This document shows, piece by piece, positions 1 through 8,264 of a stretch of DNA of 32,000 nt; within the stretch, counting starts at the first letter, position 1; each line of letters starts with the position of its first letter. The position numbers and the translations under genes were made by a program. This DNA is from Planctopirus limnophila DSM 3776. Lineage in GTDB: Bacteria > Planctomycetota > Planctomycetia > Planctomycetales > Planctomycetaceae. The stretch spans positions 1,290,001-1,322,000 of the forward strand of contig NC_014148.1 in assembly GCF_000092105.1 (NCBI RefSeq), written 5' to 3'. The notes beneath the pieces are model-generated. The model was not told the origin of the DNA. It did not search any database and worked only from the letters and a program-made list of their open reading frames with translations.

Positions 1-1868
1 TTGTACTGCACCATAAAGTGGAACGTGCAATCGACCGAAATACCCAGGGCAATACTCCCCGTCATCATCATGCCAATATCGACCGGCATCCCGAAAAAGC
101 CCACCGAGCCGAAGACCAGCCAAATGGGGACAATATTCGGCACCATCGCAATCAAGGTACCCACGAACGATCTCAGCGAGATCAGGAAGACCAGGCTGAT
201 GGTCAGAACTGCCGCAGTAAAGCTCTCCCAGAAACCACTGAAAATCTCCTTCTGGGCACTATCTAATAGAGGAGTCATCCCCGTGAAATGCACAGGAAAG
301 CCGGCAGTTTTTTGTTGAATACTATGCAGCACACGATCGGCACCACCGCCGACAATCGCGTTGTCTTCCACTCGTATCGAAACTCGCCACAACTGCTGAT
401 CGGCAGCGATCAGACCATCTTCACCCTGATAGCTGCGTGCAGTGGAAAACATCCGGGCAGTCGCGAGAGCCCCATCCGGAAGTTCATTGGGGAAGAATGT
501 CGCCAGACTCAACACATGCCGCACGCCCGGCTGTTGCCGCAGGACGGCTTCCAACTCTCTGACAATCTGCAGTTGATCGACAAAGGTGAGATTCTTCCCG
601 GTGAAATCGACCACCCCTTCAATCGAATCGACATTAGTCAGCTTCTTTTCAACCCGTCCGAGATCGACCAGCACCTGGCTGTCTCGGGGCAGAAAGTCCA
701 CCGGATCCACATCGGGCCGCAGACGAACAATCCCGACCATGGCGACACACAGCATCACAGTAGCCACAGCCAGAATGCCATGACGATGTCGATTGACGAA
801 GTGTCCCCACCAGTCGAAATCAACGTGATGGATGCGGAAGGACTTCACAGCACAATCTGGCCAGACCATCAAGAGAGCCGGTGTCAGGCCCAGGCCGACA
901 ACCATCGCGACCACAGCACCAGTCGCTGCGGCATAGCCGAATTGCGCCACAGGCAGAATACTGCTGACATTCAGCGAAACCAGGCCCAGCAATGTTGTCA
1001 GAGTCGAGAGAAAACAAGGGTTAAACGAGGCCTTAAAGGCATGGTCGAGTGGCTTAGCCTCACCCGAGGCAACCGCATCGCTATAGTAGCTCACGAAGTG
1101 CACTGCGATCGAGAGCGTAAAGATCATCACGAGGACGGAGAGTGAACCGAGAATAAAGTTCATCTCGCCGCCACACCAGGCGATGATCGACTGAGTCAGG
1201 AAAATCCCCCATAAGGTCACACCGAGAATTCCCAGAGACAAATTCCAATGCCTCAGCGAGAAGTAAAGTAACCCCAGGCAGATCGCTAACGTAATCGCAA
1301 AGAACTTACGGCCAGATTTCGCATTACCGAGTGTATCCAGCTCGGTCACAATGACAGGGGCCCCCGTGAGTGCCACATGCGCCGAATTGAGCTGACAATA
1401 CTTAAGAACTTCGCGAACCTGAGCCACTGTGCCCGCGCGGTCTTTTGTCCCGGCTTCCGAAAGGACCGCCGAGAGCCCGACCATATCTTTATCAGGGTTG
1501 GTCAATAAGCCTTCGAGCCGGGCATGAGCTTCTTCGGGAGAGACGCCTAAGGCCTCCATGCGATAAGCCAGTCGTCCCGGCGTCCAGCAGGAGCGAATGC
1601 CTGGCAAACGCTCTAATCGACCCGCAAGTGCTTCAATCGCGTCGTTCGAAAGTTCTTTGGCGCTGGCACCGATCAGAATGACTTCTTCAGCACCAAAGTC
1701 GAGCTTGAACTGTTCGTAGATCTGGCGGACACCGGTATCCCGGGGCATCCAGGTTTCGATATCGTTATTCGACTTGATCGACTCGGCCTGATACCAGAAC
1801 AGGGGCAATGTGAGCGCAACGAACCACAACATGTGTTTGTAGTAGCGAGCATACAGGGTCGAAATCAT
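1..1868 (-). CDS. MMPL/RND-superfamily membrane exporter (partial; C-terminus runs off the left edge)
   Basis: This gene is absent from the supplied ORF track because it has no stop in the window. The reverse strand is open from the ATG at 1868 (cat at 1866-1868) down to base 3. My translation starts MISTLYARYYKHMLWFVALTLPLFWYQAESIKSNNDIETWMP and ends AMVPNIVPIWLVFGSVGFFGMPVDIGMMMTGSIALGISVDCTFHFMVQY. It shows two hydrophobic helix bundles separated by a soluble loop, as in MMPL/HpnN-like RND transporters. The + ORFs 1..318, 18..266 and 288..1145 are antisense shadows of it. Confidence 0.8.
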   Translation of the reverse strand, partial: MISTLYARYYKHMLWFVALTLPLFWYQAESIKSNNDIETWMPRDTGVRQIYEQFKLDFGAEEVILIGASAKELSNDAIEALAGRLERLPGIRSCWTPGRLAYRMEALGVSPEEAHARLEGLLTNPDKDMVGLSAVLSEAGTKDRAGTVAQVREVLKYCQLNSAHVALTGAPVIVTELDTLGNAKSGRKFFAITLAICLGLLYFSLRHWNLSLGILGVTLWGIFLTQSIIAWCGGEMNFILGSLSVLVMIFTLSIAVHFVSYYSDAVASGEAKPLDHAFKASFNPCFLSTLTTLLGLVSLNVSSILPVAQFGYAAATGAVVAMVVGLGLTPALLMVWPDCAVKSFRIHHVDFDWWGHFVNRHRHGILAVATVMLCVAMVGIVRLRPDVDPVDFLPRDSQVLVDLGRVEKKLTNVDSIEGVVDFTGKNLTFVDQLQIVRELEAVLRQQPGVRHVLSLATFFPNELPDGALATARMFSTARSYQGEDGLIAADQQLWRVSIRVEDNAIVGGGADRVLHSIQQKTAGFPVHFTGMTPLLDSAQKEIFSGFWESFTAAVLTISLVFLISLRSFVGTLIAMVPNIVPIWLVFGSVGFFGMPVDIGMMMTGSIALGISVDCTFHFMVQY

Positions 1869-2504
1869 GGGCCAGCCATTCCCTGCGAAAAGCAGTTGTG
1901 GCATCACACAGGGTTGCTGCCACCGCTCGTCTCGTGAACATCACATGATTGAAAGTCGTCGCAAGGCATCAGGTGGGTGTGACTGATTGAAACATGATGC
2001 TGGATAGTTCTCAGGAGCACGAGTTGCTTGTGCAGCGTGCAGCATGTTCACCTGGTGTGGCCGAATTCACACCAGAATGAAAATCTGCAAGTGCCTGATC
2101 GATCCATGCATAACGCTTGTCGGTCGAACAACCGCTTGACGATTCACGGCGAATCTTCCACTGAACTTCTCAGGAAGGTTGATTCGCTACGACATTCATC
2201 CGTGTTGCTTTCGGCATTTGTCGCAGCACTTTACGAGAGTCATCCCCTGGGTCGTCATGATCGGAGAGAGTCCAACATTTTACTCAGGCTGAAAAGTTTG
2301 CCTCGTTCGTCCAAGCCGAATCTGCCAGACGAAATCTGTGGCTTTCATTGGTTCAAGAAATCGGAACACCTGCGGATCATCGCGAAAATCTGATTCAGCA
2401 ACGAAACAGTGGCATCCGCGCCGGCAGATCGTTACTCTCCCGCATATCAGGTTCAGGTTCCGAGGAAAGCCCACTCGAAGAAACTCATCCTACAGATGAG
2501 ATTC

Positions 2505-2680
2505 ATCCCGTGAGTTTTCCAACGAGGTAAGAGGGAAGTCGGCGAAATTCCGACACAGGGCCGCTGCTGTGATCAGCTATTGATCTGTTCATAATGTCAC
2601 TGCCCACGGATGATCACTCCGGGGTGGGAAGACGAACAGATCCTCATGCTGTCAGTCAGAAGACCTGCCAGAACTTTGCT
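2505..2680 (+). promoter_or_regulatory. Cobalamin (B12) riboswitch aptamer
   Basis: Conserved core blocks read directly from the sequence: AGGGAAGTCGGCGAAATTCCGACACAGGGCCGCTGCTGT (2531-2570), a B12-box variant GTCACTG (2596-2602) followed by GGGAAGAC, and AGTCAGAAGACCTGCC (2654-2669). It lies upstream of a cob operon on the same strand. The outer boundaries are approximate. Confidence 0.85.
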
Positions 2681-2860
2681 GATCGGTGTCTCGGACACAG
2701 GCTGCTGATCGGAGTGATTTGAAGTCAACATCTTGAGAGTTCCCCATTGCCGGAGTCAGGTCACTTGATCCGACTGGCTGCAATCAGGAGATCTCAGGGC
2801 TGATTCTCTTTGCGCTTCGATCGTCCACCTGCACGAGACTTGGTTGTGCCCTCGTCCTGA

Positions 2861-3436
2861 ATGCTGGTGGAAGTTATGAGCGATCGTCAATCTGTGGTGA
2901 AATCTGAGTCGTCACAGCAAGTCCGTCTGGTTGCCATGTGTGCACTGGTCTTGCTGGCCATTCTGGCCCGGTTTATCCCACATCCTCCCAACTTCTCACC
3001 CGTGGGAGCGGTCGCCCTCTTCAGCGGTGCCTTTCTGACCCAACGGTGGTTTGCACTCCTGATTCCCATCGCCATTCTCACCATTTCGGATGCCTTCATC
3101 GGCTTCCACTCTCTGGTCCCCGTGGTCTACGGCTGCTTTCTCATCAATGTGCTGATTGGCCGCTGGGTCGGTGGACATTCCAACCCCCTGGTTCTTGCGG
3201 GGGCCGCATTAGCAGGTTCCATCCAGTTCTTTCTGATCACGAATCTGGCGAACTGGTGGACCTATTATCCTCATACACGAGAAGGGTTCCTGGAGAACTA
3301 CATTCTGGCAATTCCTTACTTCCAGAATTCCGTGATGAGTGATCTGCTCTTCACCACTGTCCTCTTTGGTGGCTGGCATTTCGCTGAGTCTGTAGTGGCT
3401 GGCTGGAACAATTCGCGCCAGACGACGGAAGTCTAG
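2861..3436 (+). CDS. Uncharacterised 6-TM membrane protein under B12-riboswitch control (possible corrinoid / lower-ligand transporter; ECF-S/BtuM-like size and topology)
   Basis: 191-aa ORF with about 6 hydrophobic helices (PHPPNFSPVGAVALFSGAF, WFALLIPIAILTISDAF and others). It is the first gene after the riboswitch, and its stop lies 3 nt before the cobT start. An alternative ATG is at 2876. The family name is not certain from memory (possibly DUF6580-like). Confidence 0.7.
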   Translation: MLVEVMSDRQSVVKSESSQQVRLVAMCALVLLAILARFIPHPPNFSPVGAVALFSGAFLTQRWFALLIPIAILTISDAFIGFHSLVPVVYGCFLINVLIGRWVGGHSNPLVLAGAALAGSIQFFLITNLANWWTYYPHTREGFLENYILAIPYFQNSVMSDLLFTTVLFGGWHFAESVVAGWNNSRQTTEV

Positions 3437-3439
3437 GAA

Positions 3440-4501
3440 TTGTCGCAAGATCATCGTCCTCAACCGCTCACGAATCAGGTGATTCGTGAGCATCTTGCTA
3501 GTCTTGCTAAACCGCCGGGAAGTCTGGGCCGACTCGAAGATCTCGCCTTTGAACTCTGCCGCATCCAGCAGACCTTGCGACCAGTCTCCTCGCCACGCAA
3601 ACTGATCGTGTTCGGCGGAGATCATGGCGTCATCTCCGAAGGTGTGACCGCCTGGCCCGGCGAGATCACGCAAATCATGCTCGACACCATCGCCAAGGGG
3701 AAAGCAGCTTCCAGCGCTCTGGCCATGGCGACTTCGACCTCATTGGAAGTGTTCGATGTCGGCTCCTTTCGTGGCGGAGCTTTGCGACATCAAGGTTCGT
3801 CCTCGGTCCGTCGAGATTACTGGATGCTGCCGGGGTCGCGCAACCTGGCGCAACAACCAGCAATGACCGTCGATGAACTCGAGCAGGGACTGACCGCAGG
3901 ACGACAGATTGCCCGGGAAGTCGCTGCTCAAGGTTTTCGAATTGTGGCCGGTGGTGAAATGGGAATTGGCAACACCACTCCCGCCGCTTGCCTCACGAGC
4001 CTGATTTGTAACGAAAGTGGAGCACTCGTCGTGGGTCGCGGCGCCGGCGCTGATGACGAAACACTTCAGAGAAAAACTCAAGTCGTTACTCAGGCTGTCG
4101 AGCGCGCACGACAGCACGGGACGGGTCAATTGCGAAAACAACTCGCCGAAGTGACTGGTGTCGAACTGGCAACTCTGGCAGGCTTTTTTGCAGAGTCATC
4201 GCAACTCGGGATGGTGGTGATTCTTGATGGATTTATTGCCACAGCAGCGGCTCTCATGGCCGAAGTTCTCTGGCCAGAGAGTCGTCGCAACTGGATTGCC
4301 GCTCATTGTTCGACAGAACCAGGTCATGCCATTGCACTCAAGTTCTTACAGCTCGATCCTTTTCTCAATTGGCAGATGCGACTGGGTGAAGGGACAGGAG
4401 CCCTGCTGCTGATGCCCATGCTCGATGCCGCCTGTGCCATCCTCTCCGAGATGACCACGATCGCCCAGTTGCAGACAGAGTTGGTTCATTCCAGGACATA
4501 A
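3440..4501 (+). CDS. cobT: Nicotinate-nucleotide--dimethylbenzimidazole phosphoribosyltransferase
   Basis: 353 aa with a TTG start directly after the upstream stop. N-terminal LAKPPGSLGRLEDLA and the signature GGEMGIGNTTPAA are typical of CobT/CobU-type DMB phosphoribosyltransferases. Confidence 0.9.
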   Translation: MSQDHRPQPLTNQVIREHLASLAKPPGSLGRLEDLAFELCRIQQTLRPVSSPRKLIVFGGDHGVISEGVTAWPGEITQIMLDTIAKGKAASSALAMATSTSLEVFDVGSFRGGALRHQGSSSVRRDYWMLPGSRNLAQQPAMTVDELEQGLTAGRQIAREVAAQGFRIVAGGEMGIGNTTPAACLTSLICNESGALVVGRGAGADDETLQRKTQVVTQAVERARQHGTGQLRKQLAEVTGVELATLAGFFAESSQLGMVVILDGFIATAAALMAEVLWPESRRNWIAAHCSTEPGHAIALKFLQLDPFLNWQMRLGEGTGALLLMPMLDAACAILSEMTTIAQLQTELVHSRT

Positions 4502-4547
4502 GGAGCCGGTTGACTGTGTGGCCAAACAGCGGGTAGCTAAACAGCGA

Positions 4548-4671
4548 GTGGCTGGGGTCAAACGTCCTCGTTTGCCCCCAGGTCGCTGGACTTCGATCAT
4601 TGAAAGCTCCATGCCATGCTTGCAGCTCCGAGCCTTTGTGCCATGCTTGCAGCTCTGGGCAAGCATGCTTG
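4548..4671. repeat. Mosaic REP/BIME-like intergenic repeat (family B hairpin + 1.5 copies of family A hairpin)
   Basis: Family B: GTGGCTGGGGTCAAACGTCCTCGTTTGCCCCCAGGTC (4548-4585). Family A: a partial copy GCCATGCTTGCAGCTCCGAGCC (4613-4634) and a full copy TTTGTGCCATGCTTGCAGCTCTGGGCAAGCATGCTTG (4635-4671) with the 9-bp stem CATGCTTGC/GCAAGCATG. The same modules recur at 5635-5776, 6614-6652 and 10294-10468. Confidence 0.85.
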
Positions 4672-4767
4672 TTAATCTCTCCACGCCCCATGACTTCCCA
4701 GAAACATAGAGGTTCGCCTCCAACGACAATTCATCGCTGAGTTCACCCATCGATCAGGAAGTAGGAC

Positions 4768-5604
4768 ATGTCCCGCTGGTTATTCGAATGGCATGCACTC
4801 ATGTCAGCAATTCAGTTTCTGACACGCATTCCAGTCCCCGGCGGCATGCATCAGCCAGGCGCCGATCTGGCCATTCTGCAACACTCAATCATCTACTATC
4901 CGCTGGTCGGTGGCCTGCTGGCATTCCTGACGGGCACGGTCTACGGTCTGGCCTGTTTTGCTTGGATACCGCTGGTGGCTGCCCTGCTGGCACTGGCCTT
5001 CGAAGCGTTCACCACCGGTGGCTTTCATGAAGATGCCGTGGCTGACAGTTGTGATGCCTTTGGTGGAGGCTGGACCAGGGACGATATCCTCCGAATTCTC
5101 AAAGATAGCCGGGTGGGCAGCTACGGTGCTCTGGGGCTGATTCTGGCCATTACTCTCCGGGCAAGTCTCATCAGCAGTCTCGTCGTGACACCTGAAAAGT
5201 TACTGCTGGTCGTGGCCCTGGTGGCCAGTTCGGGTGCGATTGGCCGCTGGACGATTCTTGTCATGCGGACACTCTATCCACTGGTCAGTGGTCGCGATGG
5301 CTTATCGAAAGATATTGCCGGTGATGTTCGACCGGGAATGTTTCTGGCAGGGACCTTGTGGCTCTTGCCCACCTTGATATTTGTGTTCACCGTAACGCTG
5401 ACAACTGCTGCCGATCAGTGGGAAGTGATCACGATCAGCGTGAAACTGGCTGCGGCTGTGTCCCTTTCTGCCATCTGCGGATGGCTCTGGGGCCGATACG
5501 CAGTTCAGAAGATCGGCGGCCTGACAGGCGATGTCCTCGGCTGCGGCTGTTACCTCGGGCAGATCATGACACTACTGGTGCTGACAGCATCGATTCCTCG
5601 TTGA
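4768..5604 (+). CDS. cobS: Adenosylcobinamide-GDP ribazoletransferase (cobalamin synthase)
   Basis: 278-aa polytopic membrane protein with the N-terminal FLTRIPVP motif and the HEDAVADSCDAFGGG block characteristic of CobS/CobV. It sits between cobT and cobC. Confidence 0.88.
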   Translation: MSRWLFEWHALMSAIQFLTRIPVPGGMHQPGADLAILQHSIIYYPLVGGLLAFLTGTVYGLACFAWIPLVAALLALAFEAFTTGGFHEDAVADSCDAFGGGWTRDDILRILKDSRVGSYGALGLILAITLRASLISSLVVTPEKLLLVVALVASSGAIGRWTILVMRTLYPLVSGRDGLSKDIAGDVRPGMFLAGTLWLLPTLIFVFTVTLTTAADQWEVITISVKLAAAVSLSAICGWLWGRYAVQKIGGLTGDVLGCGCYLGQIMTLLVLTASIPR

Positions 5605-5634
5605 TTGCCAAAGTTAGATATGCCATCACTACGA

Positions 5635-5776
5635 CTTTGTGTGCCATGCTTGCAGCTCTGGGCTGTCTATTACACACCTTGTCATCCAATCTTGGGCGTG
5701 GTCTTGGCGTTTTGATGCCACATCTGATAACGGCCGGGTGGCAGGGGTCGGATGTCTTCATCCGCCCCCTGGTCAC
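5635..5776. repeat. Mosaic REP/BIME-like intergenic repeat (family A half copy + family B hairpin)
   Basis: CTTTGTGCCATGCTTGCAGCTCTGGGC (5635-5663; the 3' arm of the hairpin is missing) and CGGCCGGGTGGCAGGGGTCGGATGTCTTCATCCGCCCCCTGGTCAC (5731-5776). Confidence 0.85.
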
Positions 5777-5841
5777 TAAAATTCGCAAGCATGCCTGATA
5801 GACTCTCGACTCGCTATGACGTTCCGCGATGGGTATGAGAT

Positions 5842-6390
5842 ATGCCGTCACTGCTATTGCTTCGCCACACGACCGTTTGTGACTCTTATCGCGGCATCTG
5901 TTATGGCCAGAGCGATATTCCTCTACGTTCGACCTGGCAGGACGATTTCTTCCGGATCGCACAGAACATTTCCTCACAGAAGCCATTTGATGGGCTGTAC
6001 TCCAGCCCACTCAGTCGCTGTGCGAAGCTGGCCCATACACTGGCCGAAAAGATGGGCCAAGCTGTGCAGTTCGATCATCGTTTGATGGAAAGAAACTTTG
6101 GCGCCTGGGAACTCCAGCAGTGGACTTCCATTTATGAAGCCACAGGTACAGCCATGGATGGCCTCATCGACCAGCCCGAAACCTTTGCCCCGCCGGGAGG
6201 TGAAACCACTCGTTCGTTCGCTGATCGAGTTTGGGACTGGTGCCAGTCACTTCCGACTCATGGACGATATCTGGCTGTGACCCACGGTGGTTGCATTGCC
6301 GCCATACGTGGATTGTTACTCGGACTGGAAGTTCGCGCGTGGCTGGAACTCATTCCTAACCCGGGCGAAATTGTTGAAGTCAAGTGGTAA
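5842..6390 (+). CDS. cobC: Alpha-ribazole phosphatase (histidine phosphatase family)
   Basis: 182 aa. The N-terminal LLLLRHT (RHG-type catalytic motif) and the later VTHGG are typical of the phosphoglycerate-mutase-like histidine phosphatases. Its position after cobT-cobS supports the CobC call. Confidence 0.8.
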   Translation: MPSLLLLRHTTVCDSYRGICYGQSDIPLRSTWQDDFFRIAQNISSQKPFDGLYSSPLSRCAKLAHTLAEKMGQAVQFDHRLMERNFGAWELQQWTSIYEATGTAMDGLIDQPETFAPPGGETTRSFADRVWDWCQSLPTHGRYLAVTHGGCIAAIRGLLLGLEVRAWLELIPNPGEIVEVKW

Positions 6391-6439
6391 CGTGTTTTCT
6401 ATGGGATGACATCGCACTGTGTGCCATGTCTATCCATCA

Positions 6440-6652
6440 GGAACCCTCGCCCATGTCCTCCTGGGACAGGGCAGGGTGAAGGTCTTTCCCGTATCTCATT
6501 GTGATGACGCATGGCACGCCCTTGGGTGGCACGTCCCTGGAGCACCCAAAAAACAATACAGTGCGGAAGGGCGTGGTCTTTGCGCCCTTCAACGTAACAT
6601 TTGATGTCTGGAAGGGTGGCAGGGGTCGGATGTCTTCATCCGCCCCCTGGTT
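6440..6652. repeat. Mosaic intergenic repeat (family C 81-bp unit + family B hairpin)
   Basis: Family C: GGAACCCTCGCCCATGTCCTCCTGGGACAGGGCAGGGTGAAGGTCTTTCCCGTATCTCATTGTGATGACGCATGGCACGCC (6440-6520), which matches 10208-10288 over the same length. Family B: GGGTGGCAGGGGTCGGATGTCTTCATCCGCCCCCTGGT (6614-6652). Confidence 0.85.
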
Positions 6653-6817
6653 GATTGACGTCACCAGCGCCAATGCATCCGAAACGTGCTGTTCTAACTT
6701 TTCAGCATGTTTGCCACCATCAACCAAGTCCCATGACCTCGCGGCAAATGCGGACGTTTAATCCCAGCCACTCCGTTCGCAACCACAGGCAGCACTGAGT
6801 GACTTGGCCACCAATCG

Positions 6818-8131
6818 TTACTTGGCCACCAGCGAAGAAGCCAGACTGATTTGTGGTTCCAGGCTGCGTTCCCAATCGGTCTGTGGGCGAACCACCGTGC
6901 GAACCAGAGCCGGCAGCGTACGCTTGATGATCACGGCCTTTCTCTGGAACGAAACCTCGCTTTGAGCAATAAACCGCTCATCGAGCTGCAGAGCTTCCGC
7001 AGCAGGTTTCTCCGTTGGCGAGATCGGTGTGAAATCAATTGGTGCAGGAACTTTCATTGAACTGTCAGTTGAACCAGGCTTGGTACCATCAGGACTGGCT
7101 GCATCAGGCTTAGCAGCATCCGCAGGGGTCTCAACTTTGTTGGACTTGGTGGGATTGGTCTCGACCTTATTGCCCGCTGCGTCGGCTGGAACTGCAGCAG
7201 GTGTTTCATAACTCGGTCGGAAGGAACCACCAAACTCCGTCGAGCCACCGGCAGGTTCTGTCGTCGGTGCCGGCCTTCTCATGGGAGGCATAGGTGTTGC
7301 CGAATTATCCAGTGGAGCAGAACCCGCGCCACTACTGGCTGGTGGATTCGATCGGCTGGGAGTAAAAGGTTCCCGGCCCATGGGGTCAATCATCGGATCT
7401 CGCCCGGCAGGAAGTGTGCTTCGGCCAGGTGAGGATGGATTGGTGGGATTAGTGGGATTGGTGGTCGCCGGTGCATCGAACATCGGTGCTTCGCTTCCCG
7501 TGTTCCGCGGAATAAATCCATCGCGTTCAGGAGTTGTTCGAGAAGGTGTCGATTCGCGAGGTGTCACTGGAGTGATTTCCGGCTCGTCAAACGTATTACG
7601 TGGTGGTGGTGAATAAGGATTGCGCGAAGGAATCGGCTCAAAGGTCTCTGGCGGATTATTGCGTGGAGTTGTTGTGGGATTACTCCGCGGAGGTGTGGTT
7701 TCGGGGATGGGTGTAGGTGTTCCCGAAGGAGCCATATTGGTCGTGCAGTTCCCATTCGCACAGTTACCACCTGTGCAGGCAGTACCACAACTGCCGCTCC
7801 CACACGGATTACATCCGCAGGGATTGCAGGAGTCGCATGAAGAAACAGCGTAGCTGGCGGTCTGACAACTGTTGCAGGAGTTCCCCGTCCAAGCGTAGCC
7901 ACTGGTCACGACAGAGTTTTGCCCGCTCACCACAGAGCTTTGGCCGGCAGGAAAGTAATAGGTCGCCCAGCCCCCACCTGTGGGAGTGGAATAGTAGCTG
8001 GGGGCATAGCTGGTGCGGTAATTCGAGTAGAATTCACCGGCAAGGACAGGACTTGCTGTGCTGCCAAAGCTGGCGGCAAATGCCAGTAGCCAGGCCATGG
8101 TGCTGCGCGAGAGCTTGAAATACGTCTTCAT
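6818..8131 (-). CDS. Secreted Pro/Thr-rich low-complexity protein with a Cys-cluster
   Basis: The long minus ORF is 6818..8197. I prefer the internal ATG at 8131, which gives MKTYFKLSRSTMAWLLAFAASFGSTASPVLAGE, a signal-peptide-like N-terminus. This is followed by a Cys-dense segment (NSCNSCQ...SCDSCNPCGCNPCGSGSCGTACTGGNCANGNC) and roughly 250 aa rich in P/T/S/N. No family was recognised. Confidence 0.65.
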   Translation of the reverse strand: MKTYFKLSRSTMAWLLAFAASFGSTASPVLAGEFYSNYRTSYAPSYYSTPTGGGWATYYFPAGQSSVVSGQNSVVTSGYAWTGNSCNSCQTASYAVSSCDSCNPCGCNPCGSGSCGTACTGGNCANGNCTTNMAPSGTPTPIPETTPPRSNPTTTPRNNPPETFEPIPSRNPYSPPPRNTFDEPEITPVTPRESTPSRTTPERDGFIPRNTGSEAPMFDAPATTNPTNPTNPSSPGRSTLPAGRDPMIDPMGREPFTPSRSNPPASSGAGSAPLDNSATPMPPMRRPAPTTEPAGGSTEFGGSFRPSYETPAAVPADAAGNKVETNPTKSNKVETPADAAKPDAASPDGTKPGSTDSSMKVPAPIDFTPISPTEKPAAEALQLDERFIAQSEVSFQRKAVIIKRTLPALVRTVVRPQTDWERSLEPQISLASSLVAK

Positions 8132-8264
8132 GGTGCGATCCCGGATCTGGAAATCGCGAACGGCAAAGGGGTGCGTCCTCCCGATTCCATGACGCAAGCC
8201 GCCTGTCGGTAACTCCTACCAACGCCCCAGACTCCGCTGAGACCGCAATTTTCGAATCTCCGTT

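Noticed and set aside
288-1145. 285-aa + ORF and neighbours (1..318, 18..266, 586..783)
   Set aside because: These are antisense to the MMPL/RND gene, which is open on the minus strand for the whole 1-1868 interval. Their sequences are His/Arg/Gln-rich and non-protein-like.
2028-2474. 121-aa + ORF and 64-aa - ORF in the 650-bp gap between the MMPL gene and the riboswitch
   Set aside because: There are no motifs, the composition is odd and the ORFs overlap each other. The region is more likely a divergent promoter and leader region.
3209-4141. Minus-strand ORFs (154 aa, 133 aa, 62 aa) overlapping the membrane protein and cobT
   Set aside because: They are antisense to well-supported cob genes and have no features of their own.
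4346-4750. Small ORFs inside repeat regions (4346..4750 -, 4365..4691 -, 4518..4709 +, 5358..5798 +, 6419..6761 +/-, 10091..10503 +/-)
   Set aside because: They are built from the family A/B/C hairpin repeats, and the same peptide strings (CLQLWASM, GVKRPRLPPG, GTLAHV) recur because the DNA repeats. They have no independent coding evidence.
7029-8118. Multiple + and - ORFs (60-133 aa) within 6818-8197
   Set aside because: They are alternative-frame readings of the Pro/Thr-rich low-complexity gene. Only the 6818..8131 frame has a signal peptide and full-length continuity.
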